A stretch of 64,000 bases of DNA from Tubiluchus corallicola (lineage: Eukaryota > Animalia > Priapulida), in the NCBI GenBank assembly GCA_030141605.1, contig JAQGDQ010000037.1, positions 682,001 through 746,000 of the forward strand, read 5' to 3'. This document shows positions 33,670 to 48,100 of this stretch, one piece after another. A program made the translations under genes and the position numbers. The notes under the pieces were generated by a model. That model worked only from the letters and a program-made list of their open reading frames with translations, was not told the origin of the DNA and did not search any database. Within the stretch, counting starts at the first letter, position 1; every line of letters starts with the position of its first letter.

Positions 33670-35465
33670 CTATACATTACTTAAAGGCGGGGCAGCTTTT
33701 CTTGCTTCAGCTAATTTTAACTGACGGATTCGGTGGCCACAGTATATCTTTAGGAAAACAGCAAAAAATACAATTAGTACTCCAATTATGCCTAGGAAAC
33801 TTAATGAATGTTTGTATATAATACAGGACAGTAGAATTGCTAAGCCCTGCCTTACTGTCATAATGATCACAAATGTCACAGCACCAAATTGAGATATAGT
33901 GTAAAATATAAACAGCTGTCCCGTTGCACTGCAAACAGACAATATACAGATATCCACAATAAACTGAAAGTGTCGTGAAGCAAAAAGCACAGAGGCCACG
34001 AAACCTCCTTGTTCCCACAGCGATACACTAGTAAAAAGACAAGAAAATAAATTTACACCACACATCATTTGTACAGACGACATCTTGTAAGTACTGAAGA
34101 GTTCGCCTTGCCAATTGGAGGTAAAGCTGTCAAACACCATGTACCCAAGTAGTATAATAACACCAGAAAAAGTAGTCACAGTTTCCGCACGTTTACCGTG
34201 AACACCAGCCCCCGAGAGTAAGAACATACTAATACCTACTGAGATCATTACTGCAGTCACATACTCATAATACTGGTATGTTTTTTTTGAAACCAGTTTA
34301 CCCATTAGCATTACAGGAATGATTTTAGAAGCCTTTGCTAGGACTTGTGTAGGAAAACTGACAAATTTAAGTGCCTCGTATTGGCACCAACTGCTCATAA
34401 TATTTGAAAATGAGGCATAAGAGTACTTGTACAGCGGTGCAGTGTGTCGCGGCTGCCGCGATATCAGAATGTAGACACCAGCAAAAACGAAAGCCAAAAC
34501 TCGATTCATAAACACTAAAAACTGAGAATCTGTAAAATTTTCATTGCTGTATTTCTTTGTCATGACTTTTTCTTGTAGTACTCCCCATGTCAAATATGAT
34601 ACTGTAAAAAAGGAAAATGTTCAATTCAATCAATTATCCAAAGAAATTTTTAAATTTATTTCTAATACTAGGCAATTTGCAAGACGCATATCTATGTCAT
34701 TTGTTTTTTTACTTAAAAAGAAACATATTCAATAATAATTGGAATTTCCTGATAAATTTCATAATATTTAAATTTTCTGTACCTTGAAGTCCAGTAAAGC
34801 AGATAACAAGTGTGACTGCTTGCTGGAACTCGCTTTTTTCGGGCTTGGTAGCTGAAGATCCTGGTCCTTCCTCTAATAATTTCTCCTCGGGTCCTAATAT
34901 GCACATCCGCACTACATGTGGAATGCACAATGGGCCTGTGGAAAACGCAAAAATAATGAAGTGATATAAGTATCAGTTTAAGAAAAGTTACGTGCATGTG
35001 ACAACTTAGTATCCACCTTAGTTTCACAAGTTAACTGCATAAGAATTAACCATTAACTGCTATATAAAGCAACAAAACTGAGAGTTAAACTAAATTTTGG
35101 TCTTCGCACAAACAAATTATTGCCTAAATTCTTGCTTTTATGCATGTAAATAAAACTATTGCACAAAAAATGTTGATGTTTAGAAATCAATAGAAAAATA
35201 AGTAAATTTAAAGCTCACCTGCTTTGGCTAAATAGTTGTTCTTTTTCACATACTGAATGATAAAATATCCAGGCACAATTATTGTTGCGTAACCAATTAA
35301 ATTTAGTATTAAATGAAACAGCCAAAATTCTCGCCAATCATCTAATGATGAGCTCAATTCCTTATGACCATTGCTTTCTACTGGCACTGGAACTGCATCC
35401 TGTTTTACATGTTCACCAAGGACTAGCGTTGCAAGTACCAGATTGATAATAAGCTTCAAAGTCAT
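33670..35465 (-). CDS. SLC35B2: Adenosine 3'-phospho 5'-phosphosulfate transporter 1 (PAPST1/slalom), about 443 aa
   Basis: Exons (minus): 35219-35465 (acceptor boundary at 35469), 34783-34935, 33670-34601. Motifs [94 protein letters not shown] short upstream exon (probably near 36.85-37.0 kb) is unresolved. Confidence 0.95.
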
Positions 35466-36249
35466 GGTCCTGAAATGTAAAATGTAGAATAGGCTCAGAC
35501 ATACAGCCTATCTAATTTACTTATACAAAGTTGTATGTGTAGATTCATAAACCCTATAGATCTGTAAGGACCTATGATACATGTATTCAAGAATTACATC
35601 AAAACCATATAAAATGTGGTGAGACTGTCATGGAAATTGATGATTCCTTGTGAAATTTCTTGCCAAAGACCCGCAAGTTACTATCATTTGCAATATGGCA
35701 GATAATTCTTACACCATGTCAAGCACACAGGTTACTGCATCACATCCTCTGTTCACTTTCCTGTACAATTTAAAAACCTGATAAACATCACACTCAAAAA
35801 ATCTTCCACCACGACTCAGCAAAACACTAAATGAAAGTGGCAATATATTTTCTTTTGCCGACATACTTCTGATGCTTAGCTCATGTATAATTCTTAGAAA
35901 ATAATATGCCCTCTAGACATTTAGATAGACTTGGTGTAATGTACCCATCCGTTTTGTCGTTTATCACATTTTCTCATCCTTCCCATTTCCTACGCTGTGT
36001 GGCCCTCTCCTAACATGACCTACCCTGTCAATTATTTCAAAATTTTCAGACAAAAAGTTGAAAATTGCTGTGTTTCTATGAAACCTTGTCCCTGTGCAAT
36101 TGAATCATCTCTTTTACAAAGAATGAAACTTAAACGAGTACATAGGATGTCAAATTCGGATATGAAAAAAAATCAGACAAGCCATGGCTTCCAAGGATGG
36201 CTTCATAATCCATTATCTGTAGAGTGGTATATTAGCACTTGTGTGTTAT

Positions 36250-36700
36250 TCGCCCCTCTTCTTCACTAATATTGCTGTAAGTGAGAAGTTGTATGGTGAC
36301 CACCACTGCAAACTGAGTGAGGTGGTCATGCTGCCAATGCTTATCAAGGAGACCATGCTTTGCATTAACGAAGCTTGTTGGCTAGATCTTGTTTCATCAA
36401 CGTTAGTGGCGAGCTTGTTCCACGTATTAACAACACTGAATCAGCAAACATGCTGTAGCTCTCAAGATTTGTTGATACCACTTAGTATCCTATAGGTTTG
36501 TATCATGTCTCAAGCACCTGGAATCAACGTGGTCATCCCTCCTGGAATTCTTTCAACATAGCAGACAGAATACTGTCTTGATGGGCCCCACACCACATCT
36601 GCATAATCGAGACTATTTGAGAGAGCCCATAACTTCATTAGCCTATGGACCCCAAAAGGTCATATATATACAACTTTAGAACCATTACTTTATCAAGGAA
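36250..36700 (-). mobile_element. Decayed CR1-like LINE 3' fragment
   Basis: Minus translation LDYADVVWGP...VERIPGGMTTLIPG..DMIQTYRILSGIN resembles the CR1 C-terminal LEY..VW.P..LERVQ.RAT.LIP..GDMI.TYKIL.G pattern. Confidence 0.55.
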
Positions 36701-37202
36701 TTTAAAGTCGCACTTAATTAGTGTTAACTTAGTGTGCTTGCTTTGTAATTTGAATGATAATGAACGGAAATCAAGATTGCTATCAACTATGTACACAATG
36801 CGTAACTGTAAACAACAGAAATATTGCCGTAATAGTCTCACAAACTACTGAAAATTGATCAAGTACTTCCACGCTACCATGATTAAACTACAAAGTTACT
36901 AAGTACATGTATTAGTAAATCTCGAACCGAGGAACTCCTCCACGTAAACAGCTTCCGCGTTAGCATGTCACCAAAATAAACCGTATTTTTTACTTTGTCT
37001 GCTAACAAATTGGAAAAACGAAACTCTCAAGAACAGGCGCTCTAGCGAAGTGACTTCGGACAATTTTTAACAATTTTAGTTCCACTTATACAATATTTCG
37101 TTTCTTTTAGAAAATATTTATTAATGCCCGTTCGGTACTCATTTTTGAATATCGAAGTCGAACATCGCCACTCAGCATCTCTGCCTCTGGATGTTACACT
37201 GT

Positions 37203-38750
37203 TATACTTTCATGATTAGGGGTTAAGCGAGTACACTCAGAGAAACCCCATATTTTTCCGCAAAATAATTGTCGACTAAGGATTTAAACTTTACTGCGGT
37301 TGGTGCGGCAATCACCATGGCAGGCAGATTATTCCATTCATTCACAACTCTCACAGAAAATGAATATTTACGAATGTCAAGACGTGACTGCTCTTTATAC
37401 AGTTTTAAATTATGTCCTCTAGTTTTAAAATCAACAACTCAATTAAAGAATTTTTCCGGCAAAATGTTTTCTTTTCTAGTTAATATTTTATAAACTTCAA
37501 TAAGATCTCCACGGTGTCGTCTTAATTTAAGCGTGGTCAATCTGCAATATTTTAATCCTTCCAAATATGTCAGATATTTACAACCTAATATTATTCTTGT
37601 GGCATAATACACATTGCTAGGCAAATTTCAAGTCTGATGTTATTATCACACCAAGATAATTTTTACTATTTATACTAAAATGTACTATTCAATTAATAAT
37701 ATAATCACTTTTAAGATTCTGAAAACTGCAGTGCATTAACTCACATTTATCCTCATTAAATAACATTTTGCCAATCATTACTCTTACCTACATAGTTGTT
37801 CAACATCATGCTGTAAAACTAATGAATCCGCTACAGAGTTAATTGGATTATACCATTTTGTGTCATCTGCAAATTTTAAAATGTGAATGGAAATATCATT
37901 ATCTACATCACTGATGAAAATAGTGAACAACATTGTCTGGTCAGAGTGCCAATTCCTATGGAACACGTCTTGTCACCAGAGGATTCCACACCATCAAGTA
38001 CTACACATTGTTTTCTTCCAAACAACCAATCTTCAATCCAGCTGATGATATCTCCAGAAATACCATGGGCTTTTGTCTTTTTAAGCAGTCTTCAATGAGG
38101 CACTTTATCAAAAGCCTAGGCGAAATCAAAATAAACAGTATCAACAGGACTTCCCTGACCGAGCATAGACATCATCGAAAAATAACTTATCAGACTGGTC
38201 AAACAAGAACGGCCTCTAGTGAACCCATGTTGTGAGTCAAATAATAATTTATTATTTTCCAAATGATCACATGATATAACTCCACAAAATAGATTGCATG
38301 ACTTTACATACCAATGAAGTTAAGGAAATAGGCCGATAATGACCAGGATCACTACCAATACCTTTATTAAAAATAAGTTTTACATTGGCTAACTTCCAGC
38401 TATGCGGTACTTGATGAGTTAGCAAACTTTGATTATACAATAAAGTGAATGGCTTACACAAAGAGCCAGCAAGTTCAATTAATATTTTAGTCCTAAAATT
38501 ATCAGGACCAGGTGCTTCACCGAGTTTTAGTTTACAAATATGACTACGAATCATTTCTTCAGATATGTATAGTGAAGTAAGCATTTCATTATCTGATCCA
38601 TTAAAAATATTATGAGGCCTCTGGAATTTTATCAATATCTTCCTTAGTAAATAAACAAAAAATGTGTTAAGAATCTCTGCCATAGATTTTGGATCAGAAG
38701 TAAAACACCTATTACTATTCTTTAGAGGACAGTAAAACTGTTTGTTAATT
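37203..38750 (-). mobile_element. 5'-truncated, decayed CR1-clade LINE (RT domain and 3' UTR)
   Basis: Motifs MAEILNTFF, APGPDN, WKLANVKLIFNKG..DPGHYRPISLTSLVCKVM, ILKFADDTK and LTTLKLRRHRGDLIEVYKIL lie in frameshifted ORFs. The 3' end is shared with the copy at 49.1 kb. Confidence 0.92.
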
Positions 38751-38940
38751 ATTATCCTCTAACTGTTTTCGGCGTTTTCGTATAGAAGCTTTTTACTAAC
38801 CAACTTTTTCTAGAAGGAGGCTTACATAACTGCTAAACATTTATCACTTTTTATTGTTAATATGTGCTAAGCGGCGTTTTTCTCTGATGTAACAGCTACC
38901 AAAAATAATTGTAATGGTCGTGGAGAAAAACCATTTTTTG

Positions 38941-38962
38941 GTTACTATGGTAACCAGGCAAC
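38941..38962. promoter_or_regulatory. Two overlapping RFX X-box motifs upstream of CFAP70
   Basis: GTTACTATGGTAAC (38941-38954) and GTAACCAGGCAAC (38950-38962), about 155-175 bp upstream of the CFAP70 ATG. Both fit the X-box consensus GTNRCY-N0-3-RGYAAC. Confidence 0.8.
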
Positions 38963-39114
38963 GTTTACAATTTCAACTTTCAAGAAGAAGGTCGTGCTTG
39001 TCCGACGACGGAGGCATACATGAAGTTTTTTTGGGTTATTTTCTCTTACTTTCAGAATAATTTTAATCTTTAGATGTTATTTCTTTTAATTTAACTGTCA
39101 GAAATTATTAGTTG

Positions 39115-42100
39115 ATGAATATGCAAAACTCGAGTGAAGTGTCAGATGACAATTGCACCGAAGTTCAAAACGGAAATGAACAGGTTGAAGTTGATGTCCC
39201 AGAAGCGCTCAAGCGTTCCTCGAACTTACTCACAGTTGTAGTATCTGGGGCGAGAAATTTGGTAAGATTTTACTTTTCATAGATTTCAGTAAAAATTATA
39301 TATAATGTATTACTATAACTATAGTTATATTAAATTATGGGACATCAAGTTATGGAAAATAAAAGAAAATCGTTTTGTTTACTATCCAGAACTCCACAAT
39401 CCATAGGTGGGCATATTACTTTTAGCACATACATAAGTTATTTTCCCTGCCATTTCACTGAGTTTGCTCTAGCTACAAAGTTATCTAGTGGCACCGTGTA
39501 CATACTGCAGAGAGCTACTCATCAAAGTGACTAGGGGTAAGTGTAAGTGTTGACAGACATCCCATCATCTCTCACCTGTTAGGCATTTCACATTCATTTT
39601 ACATCAAATAGTTGGCAGGTCTGTGTCTACCCATGAAAGAAATAAATTATATGCCCAATGACATTAACTTCAAGAGAGGCAAGTAGCTGAAATTACAAAG
39701 ACTGAATGTATGTTTCACAATATATTATCTCTTGTAATGCCTTGTTTTGGTATGGTAGCTTGTAACAGTGGCATAAGTCTATTGTGAATTTCATGACAGA
39801 TATCATTCATAGGCTACTACTGTGATTTTTCTTTACTTGTTTTGCATTAAAAGAAGAACCAACCCTCGAACAACATTCATTGCATTTTAACATGCAATTA
39901 AAAATATCGAAATCACTACGCAATATATGCGCATGGAATGCTTTGCTTAAACATGCAAGAGAAATTTAAATATTTTTTATCTCCTGCCAAGCGAATGTCT
40001 CTGCCGGCAAATTTGAAAAAAAGTGACATAATCTGGTGACCTCTGGGCAGCATGAATGGCGTGAAGGTACGCGTTGCAAAATTTCAAAAATTCACTCAAA
40101 AGTTCCATTGTTCTAGTGTTATGTTTAACTGTGTTTATGTAGTAATTGCTCAGTGGATCAATTACGACCAAGTTTAAAGTGGTTACATAGTTTTAATCCA
40201 CAGGATTATCTTTGTATAGTATAGTATATGTGAAAGTATAGTGTACGTTAATTATGCAAATGTAATTAATTTACAGACTTTTGTTCGAATGTAAACTTGC
40301 AAGCACATAATAAGTACGGGGTAGGTTACTTAGTTTATAGAGTTAGCGCTATGCCCAAGCGTTAAGTGACTGAGACTTTAAATTGATTTTACTAATTACA
40401 TAAGACGCTTATCACAATTTTATTGCTGAAACTTTCTAACATTTTTCTCAAATACTAGAATGAGCTCAACTCCTGAGTGACTTGGCTTTTGCTTTAATTC
40501 TTACATAAATATTTTTTACTTTTTTTTAGTTGACCAGTGCTGCAGAAGGCTCACAGTTATTTGTAAAAGTTGAACTAGGGTCGTTACTGTCAGAAGAATC
40601 TAACCGGGTGCCCAAACCTGAAACTAATGTAGATTTAGAATTTGATTTTTCAGCAGTTTTGTCTTTTGAACCAGGCAGTTTATCATCACTGGATAGCATT
40701 ATATCCAGTCCTCTTACAGGTAGGATTGTAGATTTGCTGTTGGGCTTTAGTTGTTTATAATATTTGCGTCTTTCTAATTTACATAATTATAAAGTGGAAT
40801 GACCAATCTGTACATGTCAGCACAACTTGTAAAATTTGTTATTAAGACTAAAATAATAATAATACAGCAAAAATGAGTAAAGTGACAATGGTGGATAAGC
40901 TGTAAAATGTATTGCAGTGTATGAAAGTTGTTCGGGCCTTAGCCAGCATGGTGCTGCTATCTGTTGGCAGTTAAATGTAATATGTAACCTGTCACATCAA
41001 AATCAGTCATACGTCATCACTTAGTAATTTTACATTGCAACCAGTTACGGGTTCAAATTTCTAATTTCTATGAAAATGCAGAGTGCAGGTATAAATTCAT
41101 CTACATGCATTATCTTTTAAGAAAATTTATTTGAACATTTGTAAATAGGTAAAACGAAATGAATTAGTTAAAATGTCTTAAATGCAAAATTTGCGGTTTT
41201 CTACATTAAATACTTTTGTTATCAGACTTTCACCTCTGTCTAATAACAAATTTTAGCACTACGCATATTTTACAGAAATTTGGCTTAAAAATAGTGCACA
41301 AAATTACAGTAGTTACCAAGAATGACACCATTTATTTCCTATTTAGCCAATTGGAGCCATGCTTAGCATCATGTGACCTGCGATATCATCTTCATTATAA
41401 ACTTTACTAATATTATAGCATGCTGAGTTTTGTGTGGTGGTTTTTCTAGCTTTTGTTCGTGGTAGGAGAGTGGGTGCTAAGCACATTTCTTCAGCTCTAA
41501 ACGGCTTAAATAATTCTAACTTATATGGAATATTTTTCAATAAACTTGTTGATTAATTCTAATCTACCTAATCTCCTTTGTTTATATTTAATAAACATGA
41601 AAATTTGCAGGAATTAAATTCACTGTATTTTGCAACTGTAACTTGGTCCATTTCATACATGGTAAAATACATGTGCACCCCATGTGGATCTGCCCCACAA
41701 TCTAGTCAGGTCCCTCCCAAGCTACTAGCCCACTTTGTTCAGCTTGTTTGGTGGGTGCGTGCATGCGTGCGTTTGTTGGATTTTGCTGCCGAATGTTTTT
41801 TGACAAGCTAGATGACAGTTTCAAACTCCGTGATTACGGCTAAGATATGGATATATTAATTACTTTCCTTTATGGATTTGCCCTCTGTTCTCGCAGCCAC
41901 CTACCCACAAACAGCAACTATTTTTATGCATTTTATGTTACACATATGTGCCTAATTTAAATGCAGTAGGCTGTTTCGATCATCCTGTTGTTAAGGAGCA
42001 CTTGAGCTTAAAAGGTATCATTTTCCTTGGTCTGTTTTATACAAATTTGTCAGTATTAAGCAGAAGGGACTAGTACAGATGCTCTTTGCTTAAGATGCAA

Positions 42101-45100
42101 CTGTAAAGAATTATTTTGTTTCTTTATTCAGTAACTGTGATGGAGACACTTCCCCGGGAGAAAAGGCAGAAAGAAGCAAAGACAATCACATTATGTTTCT
42201 GTCAAGTGGATCTTGAGCCATTTATTAAAGGTATTTTTAGGAAATCTCTAAATGATCCTTGATTTTGAGAACATATATGGTCTCTGATATGAGATTACAC
42301 AAATTGCTTATTTTTCATTGACTGATGTATGTTTTTACCACCCATTTTTTTCAATAGTGTAAAATTTATGTTACTTATTGTCATTGATGCAGTATCCTAA
42401 GACATTACATTGGATGATTCCTGATGCCAGGATATCCAGCTTTGTGCAACGGTCCAAATTTTGCTGTATCAAAGGTGTAATGTCAAAATAACTAAACTTT
42501 TGACATCTTTTGCATGAAAAATAGACTTATTTTTTTTGTTTGTCTGCTGAATTGCATTAGAACTTCATTTGCAAAAATATTTTGTCCGTAATATTAGTGA
42601 ATCATGTCTTGTGCAATTATTGTGCATGTATTGCTGAACTGCCATTAAAACGAAAATGCAGGAGCTTTACACATGGATTTGTCTGAGCAGCGCCTCATTT
42701 ATGTTGCGAGCATGTCACGAACAGTAACGCCTGGATCACCGTCACTGAAAGACAAACATAGTTTACCTGCACAACATACTCAACAGAATCTGGTGCGTAT
42801 AAGTTATTTTTAAAGCTAATCATTGTGTTCATATATGTAACCAAGCTATGAAGGCTATTGTGTTTTATGCTGCATTATATATTTTACTAAAGCTTGATGT
42901 GTTTTAACAAAGTATACAGTGCTGCCAAGTTTGTTGCATTTTTTTGTTTGCACAGTAATATGATGTTTATAGTGGGGTTGTGTCTAAAGAGCAAGCCATT
43001 TTTGGTTTTATGTATTATTTGCCCAAGTAGTCTGCCTGGCTTGTAGGGGTTTATTTGAGTGAGGGCTAGCCGCACCCCTTTTGCACTCAGATAAAGTCAT
43101 AAATAATTCTTATATTTAACTGGTTTAAAGTGTACTTAAAAGGCTTTCTTATTTTTGTGCAATAAATAGCAACATAATCAGAAATTACTAAGATTAAAAA
43201 CATACATTTCACATAACCTGTTTTACAAAAAGATCAAAATTTAGCTTGGATTTTTTTTAATGTTAACTGTAAAGGAAAACTGATTAAATTACCTTTTAAA
43301 TAGTAATTCAAGGTCTATAAAAGTGCTCATTTGCTTGAACCAAAATAAGTTGTTTTAGAACTTGAGTCTGTGATAACGTGCTTTAAATGCCACCAAATTG
43401 TCCTTAAATGGAGTAAAATGTATGGGCGTCCGGACCTCACTGGGAGAGCATTGTAAGCTGGATTATTTGCACTGAAGAATGCTCCTTTCTTTTTTCAGCT
43501 CAGATCCTCCCCTTTCGCATGTGCTTCTGACGGAATGACTGTTTACTAGTTTAATGAGAGCGGAAAAGATTGGTTCCGAAATTCCATGTCGGAGTCAAGC
43601 CTTGTTGAAAGAATTTATTAAATTTGTGGCAGTGGTTGTTTTCTGACTCTAAGTTATACCACCAATGAATGCATACACTGTGCACATAGTAAAATGTTGG
43701 TGAGATTCAGAAATTTTGTCATGAATTCTCAGTAAAACTGTATTCCACCGCTCTAACAAAACTGATACCTTCGATCGTTTTCTCACTTATATAATAATGC
43801 TAAACAATGGACATTAAAATGCATCTGCCATATGTTGATTGATTGATCAATTTATCCTTGACTGAATAATGTTAATGTGAATTAATGTATTTTAGGCTCA
43901 GTTAATTGGAAGTGTATCAGTAGAAGAATCGCTGTTATCACCAAATGAATTGAAAGATGTCAATGTATTAAGCATTATGGTCCAGTCTTGTCATGCCCTA
44001 CCAGTAAACTGGGGACCAGATAATCATGCATATAACATATCCCTACCTGTTCCTTTTAATGGCGAGGTAAATATGATTATTACTTTGAATTAAAATAAAG
44101 TTAGTGTTACAGTCTAAAGCCCATCTGGTAGAAATGTACTTCAAAGGCTGCTCACAAACAGGTCTCAAGCTGTTAAATACAATAATATAAATTCTGATAG
44201 TCGAGAACTGCTGTATGGCATTTCACAGGGATCCATCTTAGGGCCATTGTTATTACTGTTATACATAAATGACATTCATAATATCACCAAGGCAAAAATT
44301 ATTTTATTTGCAGATGACACGAGTTTATTTCTAAAAATAAACAATCTAAATAACGTACGAGAAGTTAGCAGTGAATTACTCATCTCTAATTGGTTTCACA
44401 ATAACAAACTATCTTTAAATATCAGTAATACTAAATGCATAATTTTTAGACCGAAAAATACATATATTACACAAAATCTAAATTTTATGATTGGTAATGT
44501 CAATATCGAAATAGTAAAAGAAATAAAATTCTTGGGGATAATTTTACAAGAGCATCTAGACTGGACTTCTCGTATTAAATATACTGATAAAAAATGATCA
44601 GAAAGTCTAGGAATCATTACTTATATCCGACATTATTTTTGAAAATCACGCATAATTACTTTATACAATAGCTTAATTCTTCCTTATCTTAATTACTGTT
44701 CCATTCTTTGTCGAAAAACATATACTTCAAAATATCTAATCTATAGGTAGCCCAAAGAAAATTTTTGCACATTCTTTATAAACAAAATAGAAGAGCACGT
44801 ACAGATTAACACCCATTTTAAAGAATGTAAAATATTGTTAGTTGATGATTTAGTTAATTATAATATTGGTATGTGTGTGCGTGCGTGTGTGTACACGTGT
44901 GTGTGCGCATGAGTGTACTTGTGTGTGTGTAAAACAGTTAATTGACTACATCCAATCTTTTTTATAATCCAGTTCAATTAAATGTTAAATTTCATAGTAC
45001 TAGGTCAAATGAATTTAAAGTGCAGTACTGCAGAACGAACACAGCCAGACATCATTTAACATTCACAGGGCCTTTACTGTGGAATAAACTTTGACTAGAA

Positions 45101-48100
45101 ATAAAAAATGCTAAATCAGAACATATATTCAAACGTAAATTTAAGAAATCAATTCTTGAGTCATATGGGCCCAATTAGTCAATTTCTTTAATTGAAAATA
45201 ACACATCTTTATATTTTTTATCACAATTTTTGTAACACTGCAAAAATGGCTAACTTGGTTTATATCATTGAACCTGGCACATTATCACCATTAGCATTAA
45301 TTCATTATCATTGTCTTCACCATCACCATTGTCATCAGCAGTAATAATACCATTGTTGTCATCATTATCGTTAACATTATCAGCATCGTCATTATCATTT
45401 TCTCACTTCTGTGTTCTTCGCTCCATTTAACGTATTTTTTTTTCGTTGTTGTTATTTTAGTGTTATCCATGTTTAGATCATAAATTAATTTCTTCTGCTG
45501 CGCTCATAGCACTGTAATGCACTGTTAATTAGTAATTTTATAACTTTATTTTTGTATGTGCTAAATGGATGAATAAATAAATCTAAAATAAAAAAATAGA
45601 TCTAAAACAAATGTTTCCTGCATGAAAATTTTAATGTACAGCTGTCAAATGCAATAATTTTTCTTTTGCCAACAAACTAGTTATTTGATTCACTATTTCA
45701 AATTATATTATATTAATCAGTAATGTAAAAAATATTATTATTACATGTTTTTGATTAGAATTCAGAGCTAGCTTGCTTTGTTTATTAGGAGGAGAAAGTA
45801 ATCCTTTTTCCGTATGGTTCGTTTCACTCATGCAAAGAACCGAAGGATACGCAGCTATACTGGGCGGGTCCATACCCACCAAAGCCATTTCCTGAAATGT
45901 GAGTTGTCAAGTTGTTCTTAACAACAAAAGCCAAAAAACGATATATTTGTCATTAACATTAATATCAGTATGGCGGTTTTGCATATTTTCTAGAAAAAGT
46001 TTGCTACTATGGTAGTTAAATAATTAAAGGACCAAGATCGAAATTGTCAAATAAGAATGTGAGGCTCATGGCTGAGTGGTTAGATATACATACACGTGTG
46101 GTTGCCTTGGTTTGATACAAGTTCGCTCCAATTGGTATTATTGATAAACCTTTGCTGTTTATCTCATACAGGGAGAATTATGTTTACATACAAATATGGC
46201 TGAGAAATATCTGCCTTTCCAATCTTCTAGTCATCTTAGAGTGATTTTATTGATAGTAAGTGAGGTTCCAGTCCTGCCACAAAAGCTTGTTAGTAGACCT
46301 CTACCTTAAATGTCAATATCTGGAATGCAGCTTACCGAAGTGTGTAAAGAAATTCCAGTGCAGTCTGTAATAAAGCATTTCGATCCAGAGCCACACGAGT
46401 ATAATTGGGGTCAGTTGCTTAGAGGCAGTTGAGTGTTCTGTGTTTTCAGTGTCGACATCAAATTCGCTATGGTTAGCTTATGTTAGTTAGTGTATTCAAA
46501 ATTGTTGATCTTCTAATTAATTTCTTTGTACACCAATATAAATGTCTTAGTTGAGGATTACAATGAGGATTCATATATCAGTTTTAAGAACTGTCTGTTC
46601 TGAACCAAATCAACTATGTGTGTTTAAACTAAACTAATGTCTTGGTTTTTAGAGTGACCATTGTCATTTTCACATTCATATTTGTGCACTAGGCAGTGTA
46701 TTTGTTTTGAAGATTGTTTTTGTTTCCTTCTTGCATCAGGCGCTTTGAAGAAATTCCCATTGAAAACTGTAATGGTGGTGATTTAAAAGATTCGCAGGTA
46801 AGAAATTAGTAATTAGCTGCTAGCTAAACTTTTACATTGAATTGATTTGACACATTTTGTTTCTGTATCACTAATTTTAAAAATAAAAGAATCATTTACC
46901 AGCCAGAAAGAATTACAAAAGTTGCATTTGCAGTTGCAGGTCTTCCTTTGCTTGTTTTGCATTGTAGTAGGTTTCGGTGTTTAACCAAAAACCTTCTCAC
47001 TGATCAGCTCTAGGAATAAATGAGATTGCAAGACATGTATTTTGGCAGGGTACATATGGTTTTGCATGTATACTTCTGGCTCATGATTTCCTAATTGCTT
47101 GGTTTGGACAATTTCATTAGGTGCAGTGGTTCAGGCTGCTTACTTCATAGAGGAAGATAAATAGATAAAAAATAAATAAAAAGTTTATTATTTTCATGCA
47201 AAAGTTGCAGTTTAAAAACTGAATAAATTTGCAATCATAATAAAAAGGCAAGGAAGGATGTGTATACATGCGAATGCAGTTAAAATACTTCTGCCAGCTC
47301 AATGGCTTATCTTAGACGGGTACTCTTGACAAGACCTAGGCTTTAGTCACTTCACAAATGTCGTATCGAATAAACCCTGCCTCTGAATGTTGTTTGCCAA
47401 AGTGTGTTTCTTATTATTGAATTGAACTTACTTAACAAATTATGTATTTTAAATTTCCTAAGTTATTTTATTTATTTTTTTAGCAAACTATGTTCCAAGT
47501 AACCATTAAAAATAGGTCCGGTTATTTTTCTTTTTTGTACAAATATTGTCAATAATGTGCCACACTCGAACTTACTTGAGTAGCTGTTATATAATAATGT
47601 GTAGGTAATAGTGTGCAGATATAATTAACTATTCTATGGTGAAATGTATTATTATAATGAAACACTTGTAAATACTAGTATTGGTTTACTAGGGCATTCA
47701 TCATAGAAAAATGGCAGAAACAAGTAAGCCTCATGTGTCATGGAATATGGTAAGGAGGTGTCTTTTGGATAAAGTAACTACAGAATGGTAAGCATTGGAG
47801 TAATAATCCTTATTTTTAAACTGTAATTAGTTTGCAGGTTCAGCAAGGAAAATAAAGAAATGAAAATGATCATAAAATAAATTAAAAATTGAAAATTAAG
47901 TGTCAGTTTATCTGTTTTCACAGTTTGGAAACAAAAGTGTAATTTCCAGTCTAGTACATGATTCATCTGTAGTGTTATTACACAAAAGTGTACTAACAAA
48001 AAGTCATTTCCAACTTTATGTATTTGCTTGATATTTTGCTAGTACTTGCTTCATTTCAATCGGTAAGTGTTGGAAGTGTGTATATATAATGAACGGTGTG

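Noticed and set aside
46063-46130. tRNA-like A box TGGCTGAGTGGTTAGA
   Set aside because: No intact B box or cloverleaf; probably a decayed SINE head.
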